From Trypanosoma brucei (Eukaryota), in assembly GCA_000002445.1 (NCBI GenBank), contig CM000207.1, forward strand, positions 768,001 through 832,000: a stretch of 64,000 nucleotides of DNA, given 5' to 3'. Below, one piece after another: positions 32,061-43,094 of this stretch. Below the pieces are notes generated by a model. The model was not told where the DNA came from. It ran no database searches and worked only from the letters and a program-made list of their open reading frames with translations. Numbering within the stretch: position 1 is the stretch's first letter; every line of letters starts with the position of its first letter. The position numbers and the translations under genes were made by a program.

Positions 32061-33464
32061 ATGTCATGCAATCCGCTGCGGACCGCATTTACATTGCAAA
32101 ATCCCGGACTACAGCGGGTTGTGCAGCGCGCGCCCCCAATCTTTGCCAACGGTTACAGCTCCGATAGCATCACATGGGATAGTGTGCGTGTGTTGCTCGT
32201 AGGGGCTGGTGGTATCGGTTGCGAGGTTTTGCATTCCCTGGCGCTCAGTGGATTTGCCGATATTACAGTTATTGACATGGATACCGTCGAGCTTTCCAAC
32301 CTTAGTCGGCAGTTCCTCTTCCGGGAGGCAGACATCGGGCGCAGTAAAGCCGAAGTTGCTGCCGCTGCTGTGGAGTGCCGTTGCCCTGGTGTACGAGTGC
32401 GGGCACTTTTCGGGCGTATCGAAGATCAAAGTGATGAGTTTTACCGCCAGTTTCACGCTGTCATTCTGGCGGTAGACTCTGTCGCGGCTCGCCGATGGGT
32501 GAATCAAAAAGTAGCTGAAGTTGCCGAATGGGAAACTTTTGATATGGTTGACGGTGGTTGTTACGAAAATATAGCAGCTCGTCCTATCGCCCGGAGAATG
32601 CGGCGAATTGCGTATGCTATGCCTCTAATCGATACTGGTACAGAGGGTTATGAAGGCTGCTGTCGGGTAGTACTGCTGCGGTCCGTCAACCCCACGCCAT
32701 GTATAGAGTGTGACCTTTCCTTGTATCCGAGCCGCCGTACTGTACCGCTTTGCACTCTAGAGAATATCCCTCGACTCCCTGAACACTGCGTCTTGTACGT
32801 CAAGTTCAAACTGTGGGAGGAACTGAGGCCACATGAATCCCCTGATGCTGACAATCCAGAGCACATTGCTTGGATGACCGTTATGGCACAGAGGAGAAAA
32901 GAAGCATTCGGAATTGAAGGACCAGATATCGATGATGCCTTTACCCTGGGGGTGGTGAAAAATGTCGTGCCCGCCGTTGGATTCACCAACGCGCTCGTTG
33001 CGGCGCAAGCGGTGTTAGAGCTCGTGAAGCTTCTGACTGGTGTAGCCTTCCCGGTTCAATGCTTTTCATACTACAATGGTTCGACAAAATGTGGCCTCAC
33101 GTCGTACGTAACCGACCTTATCCCTAATCCTACTTGCTCTGTTTGTGGGCCTCGACCTTTGCTCATTTTAAGTGCTGAAATGACACCGCTGAACGTCCTG
33201 CTCGCCATCAAAACGCAAGTTGGGATGCCCCCGTCTGTTGAAGATATCAGTCACCTCGACGTAACCCTCCGTGTGCGATTCGCAGCTGGCGAGGTTTACC
33301 TCATGTACAAATCCAATAACCCATTGAGGACTAATGTGGTGGCTACTACGATTGAGGAAGCGTTTGCCACATCAGGGTACGCGGCCGCATTTGTGGAATG
33401 GTGCAACTCAGACGCAGTGGTGTTTACCCTTGAGTGTAGTGGGGCTGATATACACATCTCGTGA
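32061..33464 (+). CDS. UBA3: NEDD8-activating enzyme E1 catalytic subunit (UBA3-like, ThiF/MoeB fold)
   Basis: Track ORF 32055 starts with GTG; the ATG is at 32061. Nucleotide-binding motif: 'VLLVGAGGIGCEVLHSLALSGFADITVIDMDTVELSNLSRQFLF'. The catalytic-Cys block 'CIECDLSLYPSRRTVPLCTLENIPRLPEHCVLYVK' closely parallels UBA3 '[35 protein letters not shown]'. Confidence 0.85.
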   Translation: MSCNPLRTAFTLQNPGLQRVVQRAPPIFANGYSSDSITWDSVRVLLVGAGGIGCEVLHSLALSGFADITVIDMDTVELSNLSRQFLFREADIGRSKAEVAAAAVECRCPGVRVRALFGRIEDQSDEFYRQFHAVILAVDSVAARRWVNQKVAEVAEWETFDMVDGGCYENIAARPIARRMRRIAYAMPLIDTGTEGYEGCCRVVLLRSVNPTPCIECDLSLYPSRRTVPLCTLENIPRLPEHCVLYVKFKLWEELRPHESPDADNPEHIAWMTVMAQRRKEAFGIEGPDIDDAFTLGVVKNVVPAVGFTNALVAAQAVLELVKLLTGVAFPVQCFSYYNGSTKCGLTSYVTDLIPNPTCSVCGPRPLLILSAEMTPLNVLLAIKTQVGMPPSVEDISHLDVTLRVRFAAGEVYLMYKSNNPLRTNVVATTIEEAFATSGYAAAFVEWCNSDAVVFTLECSGADIHIS

Positions 33465-33881
33465 GACGCAACGATGTCGAAGAGAACTTTTTAATTTGAG
33501 CATGCACTTGTGTGCAAACGCCAAAGTCGTTCGCCTTCAGGAAGAAAATGACTGAATTGCGGATGAGTTCCCTTCGCGGATGTCAGCTGCCCGATGCGAG
33601 GCACGCAGAGGCTCACGTCCGTCGTAGACGTAGAACCTCACGGTGTTATTTTGCTCCGCCAAGTTGCGCCAGCAAACGTTTTTTTCTTTTTTTTCGAGGG
33701 GGGGGTGGTGGTGTTTATCTCCTGTTTTGCGTCCTTTTTCCCGTTGGGCGAAGTTGTGTTTCACTGATATATGTGTAGTGTGTATCCCCCTAAACTTTTA
33801 TTTTCTGCCTACGCCTCAACCGTGGCTGTGCACAGGGACGCGGGCCGGAGAACGACCATTTAGGGAAAAGTGAAGGTAAAA

Positions 33882-36800
33882 ATGCAGAGTTTGGTCTCTT
33901 TGCGAACCAGGGTGCAGTCGGTTGCAGTCAGTGATGCCTTCAGTTCCCTCCAATCATGTCACCGTCCCATAACAACTCCCGCAGCAAAACCGGCGGCGGG
34001 TGCCCATTTGCGTGAGCAGACAAAAGCTACTGACACGGTTGTGGACTCAACAAAGGACCAGCGGCATCATTCGAAGGGACGCGGTGTAGCTGGAGTGAGG
34101 AATCGCGGCGGCCCATATCGTAGGCAGGCACAAGCATGGAACACTAGTGGAAAAAGTGGACTGAATTTGCCAGAATCCTCTGCACCAGTTCTCTTTCCAC
34201 TGGGGAACGGCCTAGAGGTAACGCTTCCCCACGACACTTTCGCGTGGAAAACACGAGGTGCACCAGCCGGTATAGCGGAGCGAAACCAATCAGCGGGCGA
34301 ACACGGAGGAAAATTCGTGGGGGATGGTGGTAAATCGCTTCACGTGTGCGATTCAAATGGATGTGGAACTGATCGGCAAGCAGAGGTGGCAATCATGCAT
34401 CTGAATGAATCGGGGGAGCTCATCTCCGCTATCTTCGCTGTACCCTCCTTGAAGGGCAGTGAGAAACTGCAGAAGGCGCTTGAGGAGTGGCCAGAGCTAC
34501 TTCACCGACTGCGAGCTGATTCCTTGCCCGTGATATTGGGGTCCAGCGGCGAATCACCGCCAACCGCACGATCCATCATCCGAGCTTTTCAAATTCTGAC
34601 GGAAGCACTCGGGTCACTGGACAGTATTTCACAAAATTCGGGACTGCGTGCGGAGCAGCTCTTCCCGGCCGATTTAGTAGCTGCACTCTGGAGAGCGCTT
34701 CCTCCCATACACGAGTACATCAAGCGTACAGCTGTGGACTCCCCACAACCATCTGGTGGGACAGATAGTGATAACGGTGTCAATGAAAGCCTGAGAGATG
34801 ACGAGGTAGCGTTACCCGCAACCCCAGAGTTGCCGAGTTCTCCCATGAAAGCATTTAAAGTGGCCAGACGCGCCCTGGCACTACGGGCTCGTGAAGTCGG
34901 TGATGTACTGCCACCGTCTCTGTTGGTTCAAGTGTTATTGTCCATAGAGAAATGTGGCGCGCTCTCCGATGATATCATTGGACCCATGGGAACGCGTCTA
35001 CTTGAAAGGTATGACAGAGCTCTAGTCGCGCACGGGGGACCGCAACGCGTTGCTTCGAATCACCAGCTCTCCACACGGTTTGTTTCCAGAACTATGAACT
35101 CGTACGACTTGCCTTTTAGTGATGAGGATTCAGTGAGCTTTGCTCGGCTTCTAGGGAGGGCACAGGTGGTAGATCACTTTCAACTCCATCGACTGGTACA
35201 CACAATTCTCCTTCCTTCAGTAGTACGGGCTCTGCGAAGCAATGCGCTCAGCCTAACAGAATTGTTTGAGTTGACAGCATGTTATGCTCGGTACGCCGTG
35301 TGCGGGCGGCCTGTCGTACAAGTGACGGAACTCTGGATGTCGCACGTACCTCAAATGAGCTTGGAGCAGTGTGTCAAATTACTGAACATTGTGAGTCCGA
35401 ACAGGCAGCGCATCAACGGCAAGAAGCGATTCACATCAGGAAAGACACGTCAAACCCTAGCGACTGGTGCGGAGGAAGATTACTTTCCCTTGGTAGGCGC
35501 TGTTCTCGAACGTGCTGTGTGGCTATGCGTTCGTGAAACACAAATCGTTAATAATACTGATACCACTGAACAGATTATTGCTGTCGCTGATGAGGACTGC
35601 GGCGTGCTGTCTCCAACCTGTCTAACGAAGTTCATGTGTGCACTAACTAGGGTCAATGCTGAACGCTGGGCTGAGGTTTACATGGTTGTGGCATCTGTGA
35701 TCGAGAAAAAACTGGAACTGTTTTCAATCACTGATGTTATGTCCATGGCAAAATCCATTATACAGCGAGGATCCAACATACCGTACCACACGTTCCATGC
35801 TCAATTAGCGCGCTTCCTGCTGCAGGCTGAAGCGGCGTTAAGCGATGTGAAGGTTGCTAGCGTTGCTCTCGTCTCTGCCGCCTTGATGCTACCGGCACCG
35901 CCACTCTCGCTATCGAAGGTGAAGGAGGCACATTTTCTTCAACCACCAACAAACTCAGTGCCAGCTCCAACGTGTGCGGGCGAGGATAAGCCCCTACGTG
36001 AGATGGGTAGCTGCACACTGGAACACTCATCAGCATTGGCTATTTTTCGCAAGCATGGCACACGACTTGGTTTGCACAGTTTCGTTGCAGGAATGTGTGC
36101 CACTCCACTGGAGGAACTCCCGCGACGCTCGCAGGAGCGCGTAATTGTTCACTTTACCGCTATAGCTTCAGCGATCGGGGTGGCGTGGCTTGCTAGGGGT
36201 ATTGCGGCGTTGACTTCGAGAATTCCAGATTCTGTGGATCCACTCTCAGTGCAGCGGTGGTTTTCTCGTTTCACGGTTGTGGATGTTACACGACAGCTAG
36301 ACTTGGAGCACGCAGCGATGCTTTTGAATGTTTTGTCACATGAAAACTACAGCCGGGAGAGTGCACTAGCAAAGAGAGCCATAACCAATCGTGTCGCCCG
36401 TTTGCTGCTTCAAGATGACGTTTCTCTGCACTCTATAGTGCTAATTGCGCCTGCACTTCAGCGCGCAGACGTTTTCTTTCCACATCTATATTCGCGCCTT
36501 TGTCGCGTGCTGCTGTCGACCGTGCAGAAGGCCCCGTTCGATGCTCTACTTCCGGCGTTTTACGTGGCGGCAGATGAGTTCACGCGGTGCAAACATCACA
36601 ATGGCGGCACGTTTAGGGATGTGTGGGAACTTTTGCGCACCCGAGTGATTGATGATGCTGCGGTATCCCTCACTACAGAAGACGTTATCGTAGCATTAAA
36701 TGGATTCGCCGCGCTGGACGTTGGGGACTACCCCGTATTCTCTGTCCTTCTTCACAGGTTGTGGGTGTCGTATAAGGAAGTCGCCTCCCAATGTGGTGGT

Positions 36801-37919
36801 GAGGAGGGAGGGACATCGGCAGTGAGTGGGTCCTTGACCCCAACGCGATGGGTAGATAAGGTTCTTTCGGGTTGCACCCCGAGTGCAGTTGCGGTCCTAG
36901 CTTGCTCACTCACCCATTTGGGTGATGGTGAAGTCGTGGACACTTTCATGCCATGGGTGCTTCTCCGCCTTCGGCAAGTCGTTAGGGACATCTTCCCCAT
37001 TGACGTACTCCACCTCATGCCGGCGTTACTTGCAAATTTCGCTAAGGCTGCATCGAGGGCAGAGAACTCGCTGAACCCCACTCACTGGTTAAACATTGAT
37101 GCCAATTGCAGCCTCCTCCATGCGGTCTATGACGCGTGCCGCGAGTTGTTCCTCCAGATGTATGGAGAGGCGCGAAAGGACAGCGGGGAAGGAGTTGATG
37201 GAGTGCGTCGAGAGGACTGGATCCCAAAGGTGCATGTGTCAGTGTCGAGCGTGCCGCACCGCCACTTTGCAGAGCTCCTTATAGCCCTGTGCCGCGCTGG
37301 TGTGCAGGATGAAACGGTTGTCATGGCCTGTGCGCCGCGAACAACCCAACGTTGCTGCGCGGTACTACCCATGGCCGAACTTGTTGACTTGACTATGGCG
37401 TTATGTTTTCATCTGCATTTGCACCCACAAGAAACAGATCAATGTGACACTTCAAAAGAACAAAGCATCAAGCATACAGATGGCACAGACGGGGACGTCG
37501 TTGGTAATCCTCCGTTTGCAGAGAGTGAGGGTACCGGAAACGGAGGTACCGATGCGGTTAAAAGTGCTTCACTGCAAGCAATTACCCCAAACCAACAGCT
37601 CTTACTCCCAGCACTGAACGCACTGTGGGAGCGTGTGGAAGAACTAAGTTTACCTCAAGTGGATGCACTGGTACGTTGCTTGAGGCATTACTACGGCGAA
37701 AAAGTTGACACTGATTTTCTGTTTCGCCTGCAAAACCACCGAGCTGCGGTCGAGGAAATGAGGCGCAGTCGTCAGCAGAGGCGGGGCGAAAAAGTGATGA
37801 AGGGTGAGGCAACTTTGACCGTTGATGCTGCAAAGCCGCGGAATTCTGCTGAAGAACAGGGCCGACGGGAGGAGGGTACGCAATTACAGCTGACAGCGGA
37901 AGATCTTTTTGTTTGCTGA
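33882..37919 (+). CDS. large conserved hypothetical protein, Leu/Ala-rich helical, presequence-like N-terminus (possibly a mitochondrial FASTK/PPR-like helical-repeat protein)
   Basis: Track ORF 33870 starts with GTG; the ATG is at 33882 ('MQSLVSLRTRVQSVAVS...'). 1345 aa without low-complexity repeats, with amphipathic Leu/Ala/Arg-rich segments throughout. No catalytic motif recognised. Confidence 0.55.
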   Translation: MQSLVSLRTRVQSVAVSDAFSSLQSCHRPITTPAAKPAAGAHLREQTKATDTVVDSTKDQRHHSKGRGVAGVRNRGGPYRRQAQAWNTSGKSGLNLPESSAPVLFPLGNGLEVTLPHDTFAWKTRGAPAGIAERNQSAGEHGGKFVGDGGKSLHVCDSNGCGTDRQAEVAIMHLNESGELISAIFAVPSLKGSEKLQKALEEWPELLHRLRADSLPVILGSSGESPPTARSIIRAFQILTEALGSLDSISQNSGLRAEQLFPADLVAALWRALPPIHEYIKRTAVDSPQPSGGTDSDNGVNESLRDDEVALPATPELPSSPMKAFKVARRALALRAREVGDVLPPSLLVQVLLSIEKCGALSDDIIGPMGTRLLERYDRALVAHGGPQRVASNHQLSTRFVSRTMNSYDLPFSDEDSVSFARLLGRAQVVDHFQLHRLVHTILLPSVVRALRSNALSLTELFELTACYARYAVCGRPVVQVTELWMSHVPQMSLEQCVKLLNIVSPNRQRINGKKRFTSGKTRQTLATGAEEDYFPLVGAVLERAVWLCVRETQIVNNTDTTEQIIAVADEDCGVLSPTCLTKFMCALTRVNAERWAEVYMVVASVIEKKLELFSITDVMSMAKSIIQRGSNIPYHTFHAQLARFLLQAEAALSDVKVASVALVSAALMLPAPPLSLSKVKEAHFLQPPTNSVPAPTCAGEDKPLREMGSCTLEHSSALAIFRKHGTRLGLHSFVAGMCATPLEELPRRSQERVIVHFTAIASAIGVAWLARGIAALTSRIPDSVDPLSVQRWFSRFTVVDVTRQLDLEHAAMLLNVLSHENYSRESALAKRAITNRVARLLLQDDVSLHSIVLIAPALQRADVFFPHLYSRLCRVLLSTVQKAPFDALLPAFYVAADEFTRCKHHNGGTFRDVWELLRTRVIDDAAVSLTTEDVIVALNGFAALDVGDYPVFSVLLHRLWVSYKEVASQCGGEEGGTSAVSGSLTPTRWVDKVLSGCTPSAVAVLACSLTHLGDGEVVDTFMPWVLLRLRQVVRDIFPIDVLHLMPALLANFAKAASRAENSLNPTHWLNIDANCSLLHAVYDACRELFLQMYGEARKDSGEGVDGVRREDWIPKVHVSVSSVPHRHFAELLIALCRAGVQDETVVMACAPRTTQRCCAVLPMAELVDLTMALCFHLHLHPQETDQCDTSKEQSIKHTDGTDGDVVGNPPFAESEGTGNGGTDAVKSASLQAITPNQQLLLPALNALWERVEELSLPQVDALVRCLRHYYGEKVDTDFLFRLQNHRAAVEEMRRSRQQRRGEKVMKGEATLTVDAAKPRNSAEEQGRREEGTQLQLTAEDLFVC

Positions 37920-38267
37920 GTCACAAGCTTTCAACTCCATCATAATTCGATGGTGGTGCTCATGGGGCGGCACGCACCACTTACGCACGCGCTTTTCAAA
38001 ACGGTTCCGCTGTCATTTTCTCTTCTGTTTTCCCGTTTGATACCTCTTGTAACTGTGAATCAAATGCTCTCCGCGGTTCCCTTCACAACTTTACAAGAGG
38101 ACGCAAGGTGTCGTGTCCACCATAGCATACAAGCAATTAGCTTACAACGAAACAGGGGCAGTAAGCTTGGTGGTGGTGGTGTGTGGAACTGTTGGGGGAA
38201 GTATTGCAGTGGGAGTGCTTTCCCATTATTAGAATTCTAGGTTCGTCCGGTATTTTTGGTATGTTGA

Positions 38268-41200
38268 ATGCAGAAGCAGACTAACGCCGAACCACCGTTA
38301 TCGCCAACGACAGGTAGCGGTTTTGGTACGCCTCTGCCGCTGCAGGACGAGACCCCTGAAGACCACGCGCATGTGGAGGGAAATGACGCTGCTCAACACT
38401 TTCTTGAACTCCTGTCACCTAGTTCGCGCGGTGGCAATGCATCGGCATTGAAGAAAGGTAAGAAGAACACGAACCGTAGGTTACGCTTTGATCCAACTTT
38501 GCGTGTGGTAGAGGCGGCAGAAGCTCCGGTGCAAGCCAACACCGAGGACGGCTCTTCAAGTGAGGAAGACAGCGACTCGTGGCGCGGTAAGAGTTTGACC
38601 GCAACCGAAGAGGGAGGGTTGTCAGATGTTCCCGAACCTGAATTAACAGAGTTGTCTAACCGCCAGGTAACAAGAAGGCCGCCGTGGTGGGTGCATCGGT
38701 GGTCTGAGCTCTCGCTATTTCTTAACAGCACGCGTAGTGGCGGTAAACGGGGGAGTACACCGGTCGATGCTGTCAGAGATCAACTTTCAGCTGACCTCGT
38801 TGCTGCACAGTCGCTTCAGCAATTTGTGGGGCGTGACGAGTACGAACAAGTAGCGGAGGTGATTTCTGAGCAAAATCAACTCTTGCCTGGTGGAGCGGAG
38901 CGTAATACCAGTAGAATGGTAGCTGGGCTATTGCCACCGTGGCGACGTGAGGGTATGGGGAGGGAGATGATAGAACATCTCGTAGGAAAAATTCAAGGGT
39001 GGCTCCGAAATCTCTGCGATAGTGTAAAAGGGACCTCGGGTGGTGATGTGCAAAAAGTCTTTGGAGGCGAAGAACATGATGGATCTGATGGTATTGTAGC
39101 GGCTCCCTTTTGTCCGGCAGTGAAGAGGGCGCATCGGTCTATGGTACAAAAGTCTCTCTTTCATGATCTTGTTGTACCATCAACAGATATTTGGAGTGGA
39201 AGGGCATATCAGGTTTGTGAGGGGCTTCGAACTCAAACGCCGACGATCCATTTTGAGTACGTCACAGACGAAAGCGTCAGACCGGTTTTTCACTTGTCAT
39301 GCTTGCATTATATTGACGGAGGGGAAATGCCGATGTCCGCTGTGGTGCAGGAGGCGCAAAAACGCCGTTCCCTTGTGATTCATATCGACTACGTGCGTTT
39401 TCGGCCGTCCTCTCCACCACATTCCGATAAAACCACTGATCATCAAATGCGGGCACGTGGTGGAAATCCCACACGTGATGCAGTGGTAGGCGTTCCAACC
39501 GCTTCCGTTTCATCGGGGGCGAACGCCGGCGGTGGCGAAGGTCGTGCAGCTGCGGCGCCGGTAAACTTTAGTCCGCATGATGAGCTGGTCTCTAGCATTC
39601 TGGATAATTATGAACCGTATCGCATGATGGAATTGAACCTGTTGCCACATCTGAAGAACCGTACTTTCTACGAGGACCAACTGCGGAGTCTCCGCTCGCA
39701 TCGTAGTCTCACAGAGGAACAGAGAAGGTTGATGATCACACTGGAAAAGTTGCACAAACTTACATGTAAGCTACAACACTCGTACCTCTCTGGGATGGTG
39801 ACGTCATGGAGGCAACTCTTGCAATTAGGTAGGGGGAATTTTGGAGGAATATCCACCTCATCGGAGCAACCTGACACTGAGGGAAGACGACGCGAATTTT
39901 TCGCGGCCCACGTGTCGCCGTTTCAAGTTTCAATGAATGGCACAACCAACAGCTTTGGGTCGCCGTCCGGATTTATTATTGGGAATGGGGAATCTGCTTC
40001 CATGTTAGTTGATCCTTCAGTTACAGCTGAAGTGCAGCGAAATGCATGTTTTCATTTGTATTTAAAGCGTGAAGGCTCCAAGGTGGACGCCCATACTGTT
40101 AAAGATGACCGCTTGCTCGACTATTCACCTGTTATTGAGGGTCTCACGTTACCGGTGGGAACGCAAGATGAACCAGCACAACATTTCCAGGTTCTTCTCT
40201 TTGCTCGTACGAACGCCTTCACCCAGCCCCAGTTTGTAGGGGCTACCGAGCCACGGGTAATTAACGCCGTGAAGGTTGTATTCTTCAACGAAACATTTGA
40301 ACTGCATACACTTTCGGATCCAGAGGAGATACTACTGCATGTTATCGCTGTGGGTGGTGTGAACAACAGACGTGTTGTCACCACCATACGTATGGAACCC
40401 TCTCTCACACAGGCGTGCCTTCTGCTTCCAATGCAAAGACCCATACCATTCACACACTCAGGACATAGCCACAAAAAATACGAGGGAAGCGTCATATCGG
40501 GGACAGCTTGTATTTCAACAAACTGGACCACACATCACGGGATGGCCATGCATGAAATAGAGGACCTATTTCTAAATGGGGATGCCGACCCAATGGACCC
40601 CAAATATAGACCATTGTTGAATACTCTAAAGGATCACTACGCGGTGTCAAAGACGCAAACGGCTGTATCGGTGAATGGCGTGAGCAAAACAGGAGCGAAC
40701 GCAGGGGATAATGTTGTACCGCAGGTGGGACGTGTAGTGGGACCGGAGCCAGCTCTGTACAAAGGGTTACCGACGAGACATCCCAAGGAGAGTAAACGGC
40801 TACAACAGTTACGTCATCGCTGGGCCATTCGCTTAAATCGTGAGGAGCCGCGCGATGCAGCGGAGGCACACCTTTTTTCCCAGCCAATCCCTTTGGACGA
40901 CTCAGACAGCTCCGATTTTGCTGCGGCATGCAAACATTGCGTAGAGAATAGGGAATTCATGCAGACGGCGCCTGATGAGCTGCACGAGGGGTTTGTGCAG
41001 GGTTCATCGCCGTCGTGTCTTTCACTGAGTCTACTCTCACGGCGAGAAAAACTGAAGCTGTGGCAGCAACGTCTCCGTTTTCAGAAGAGTAAATACACCA
41101 ACTCACGTAAGGTGGAGGACCATGAGATTCAGGAGCGACACGTCATTATCCCAAAACTTTTACCAGCCAAACCAATACACTGGACGGCTGAAAGTCAACT

Positions 41201-43094
41201 GAATCCGCGCCGAGGGAAGCGCCCTAAAATAAGAGACATCAGCCCTGACTCACTTGCAGTGCTGAGGGATTCCCGCATAGTGGTACATATCATGAGGGCA
41301 TCTACGCTACCAGTGAGGTCAGATGGCACACCTCTCGAGCCCTTTATTGAGGTCAGCTTTGTGTATGAAACGGTGCACTCACGGAGCGAAGTAGGGTCAA
41401 CGCCATCGTGGTTTGAAACACTTAATATTCCCTTTAGCCCACCTGACTTTGATGACGACACACTCTCCCTGATTGACGACGATATTGTGATATCTGTATA
41501 CGATAAGGTGGAGATCCCAATGCCCCCAACAACTATAACAGCGGGAGTCATCTCCCACGAAACGCACTACCGAACCGAGCGCCGGTTGCTGGGAGTGTTA
41601 CGTGTTCCCTTCTACTCACTTTACACGGCGGAGCAGGCTCGAATGGAGGGTCTGTACGTTCTTACCACACCCCGTTGGTCTCTTGGGTATCATCAAAGTC
41701 CGCGGGAGGTCAGCCACGGCGACTCCGGACGAGTGAAACTGAGGCGCCGCGGGTTGCCTTCTCTTCTTCCCACGATCCAGCTATACCTGGCCCTTTGGCC
41801 ACAACCTGACAGGGGGTCACGGGAAGCAGGGGATGAGTTGGAGATGCAAAGACTTGTCAAGCAGTTCAATGTATCACCACAACTCCGGTATCTGCATGAG
41901 ACTGCCATGAGGTGGCGACCAAGTGCCCTCAGTAAAATACGGAAGCTCTCTTCTGTCAACCCTGTGGCGCGCAACCGTAGCATTAGCCCATTTGTGCTGT
42001 GTACTACAGGAGATTTAACGTTAGTATGTCGGTTCCTTCTTGCCGGAGGCGGACCACCTCCGATTACTGTCACCACTGTGAGTCAAGCCATTCGCTTTGT
42101 GTCGCTGCTTCCTCTTCGCTTAGACATGCTCCCGGTTCAAAGTAACCGTGCTTGGAACACCAATGTTGAAGTGCTGAAGGCGCGCGAGTGCAAGTATGAG
42201 GAACTTTCCCTTCTGCTGGCACATTTTCTCCGATTCATTGAACCAAGTGAAGCGACTTACGTGGTAACAGGGCGGGGTCCCATATACCAGCGTGTAACAA
42301 TGGTGTTGCACTCGTTTGACGGTGAGCTGCGGCTCATCGATCCACACGGTGGGGTTGTGGCTCCAGTGCACGACCCCAACTTCAACTTTTTCACTGATGT
42401 TGACATGGTTGTGTCGCACGACCAGTTGTGGGCCAACATACAAATCAGTGGGACACCACACAGGATGGACTGGAATTTGCATGATGAACGCTTTTGGTTT
42501 CCTTGTTTTAACCACGAAGATGAGAATGTGAGGGCATGTTTGCCCTTTATCGCAGCCATACAACGAGAAACACTGCAGTTTTCACTACGGGATACGGGGA
42601 AGGAGCGTGAAATAGAGCACGAGCTTCAAATAAACGTTCGTCGTGCTCTGGTCCGCTGGCGCAACGGCAAGAAGCCCGCTTTTCATCATGGTGTGGCTGC
42701 AGCACTGCAAAAATTGCTTGAAGAGGCTGAAAGTGAGCGACTCGTGTGGGCAAATATGTCCCAAGAAAGGGTTAACAGACGAGCTGCCAGACATCTTAAC
42801 GAGTACCTCGGTGAGGAGGTCATGCATGATTCACGACGGCCCGGTCATACCCCATGCGCGTCGCATTCGCTTGCAGTCGGTAACCCGTGCCTGCGTATGG
42901 CAGGAAGTCCCATTAATTGCGCTTACATGCCGAACGACACCGGACACCGACTTATCCTGCAGCGTGTGTTCGAAACGGCTGTACACGAGGCGGCAGCAAA
43001 TGACGTAAGCTTCGCTGTAGCCACATACGTGAGGGGATATACACGTGAAGTTTTCTCGATGTGGGTGTTCCTTGCAGCATTGTACCGGGTGTAA
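38268..43094 (+). CDS. CC2D2A: CC2D2A (MKS6)-like coiled-coil and C2-domain protein of the ciliary/flagellar transition zone
   Basis: ATG start, 1608 aa; human CC2D2A is ~1620 aa. The C2-like domain reads 'IVVHIMRASTLPVRSDGTPLEPFIEVSFVYE...IVISVYDKVE'. The C-terminal block 'LLLAHFLRF...TYVVTGRG...DQLWANIQ...WNLHDERFWFP' parallels CC2D2A 'LLLCNYFL...TAYVLT...DNIWFNIQ...FDVTRPKLWKSFF'. Confidence 0.5.
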   Translation: MQKQTNAEPPLSPTTGSGFGTPLPLQDETPEDHAHVEGNDAAQHFLELLSPSSRGGNASALKKGKKNTNRRLRFDPTLRVVEAAEAPVQANTEDGSSSEEDSDSWRGKSLTATEEGGLSDVPEPELTELSNRQVTRRPPWWVHRWSELSLFLNSTRSGGKRGSTPVDAVRDQLSADLVAAQSLQQFVGRDEYEQVAEVISEQNQLLPGGAERNTSRMVAGLLPPWRREGMGREMIEHLVGKIQGWLRNLCDSVKGTSGGDVQKVFGGEEHDGSDGIVAAPFCPAVKRAHRSMVQKSLFHDLVVPSTDIWSGRAYQVCEGLRTQTPTIHFEYVTDESVRPVFHLSCLHYIDGGEMPMSAVVQEAQKRRSLVIHIDYVRFRPSSPPHSDKTTDHQMRARGGNPTRDAVVGVPTASVSSGANAGGGEGRAAAAPVNFSPHDELVSSILDNYEPYRMMELNLLPHLKNRTFYEDQLRSLRSHRSLTEEQRRLMITLEKLHKLTCKLQHSYLSGMVTSWRQLLQLGRGNFGGISTSSEQPDTEGRRREFFAAHVSPFQVSMNGTTNSFGSPSGFIIGNGESASMLVDPSVTAEVQRNACFHLYLKREGSKVDAHTVKDDRLLDYSPVIEGLTLPVGTQDEPAQHFQVLLFARTNAFTQPQFVGATEPRVINAVKVVFFNETFELHTLSDPEEILLHVIAVGGVNNRRVVTTIRMEPSLTQACLLLPMQRPIPFTHSGHSHKKYEGSVISGTACISTNWTTHHGMAMHEIEDLFLNGDADPMDPKYRPLLNTLKDHYAVSKTQTAVSVNGVSKTGANAGDNVVPQVGRVVGPEPALYKGLPTRHPKESKRLQQLRHRWAIRLNREEPRDAAEAHLFSQPIPLDDSDSSDFAAACKHCVENREFMQTAPDELHEGFVQGSSPSCLSLSLLSRREKLKLWQQRLRFQKSKYTNSRKVEDHEIQERHVIIPKLLPAKPIHWTAESQLNPRRGKRPKIRDISPDSLAVLRDSRIVVHIMRASTLPVRSDGTPLEPFIEVSFVYETVHSRSEVGSTPSWFETLNIPFSPPDFDDDTLSLIDDDIVISVYDKVEIPMPPTTITAGVISHETHYRTERRLLGVLRVPFYSLYTAEQARMEGLYVLTTPRWSLGYHQSPREVSHGDSGRVKLRRRGLPSLLPTIQLYLALWPQPDRGSREAGDELEMQRLVKQFNVSPQLRYLHETAMRWRPSALSKIRKLSSVNPVARNRSISPFVLCTTGDLTLVCRFLLAGGGPPPITVTTVSQAIRFVSLLPLRLDMLPVQSNRAWNTNVEVLKARECKYEELSLLLAHFLRFIEPSEATYVVTGRGPIYQRVTMVLHSFDGELRLIDPHGGVVAPVHDPNFNFFTDVDMVVSHDQLWANIQISGTPHRMDWNLHDERFWFPCFNHEDENVRACLPFIAAIQRETLQFSLRDTGKEREIEHELQINVRRALVRWRNGKKPAFHHGVAAALQKLLEEAESERLVWANMSQERVNRRAARHLNEYLGEEVMHDSRRPGHTPCASHSLAVGNPCLRMAGSPINCAYMPNDTGHRLILQRVFETAVHEAAANDVSFAVATYVRGYTREVFSMWVFLAALYRV

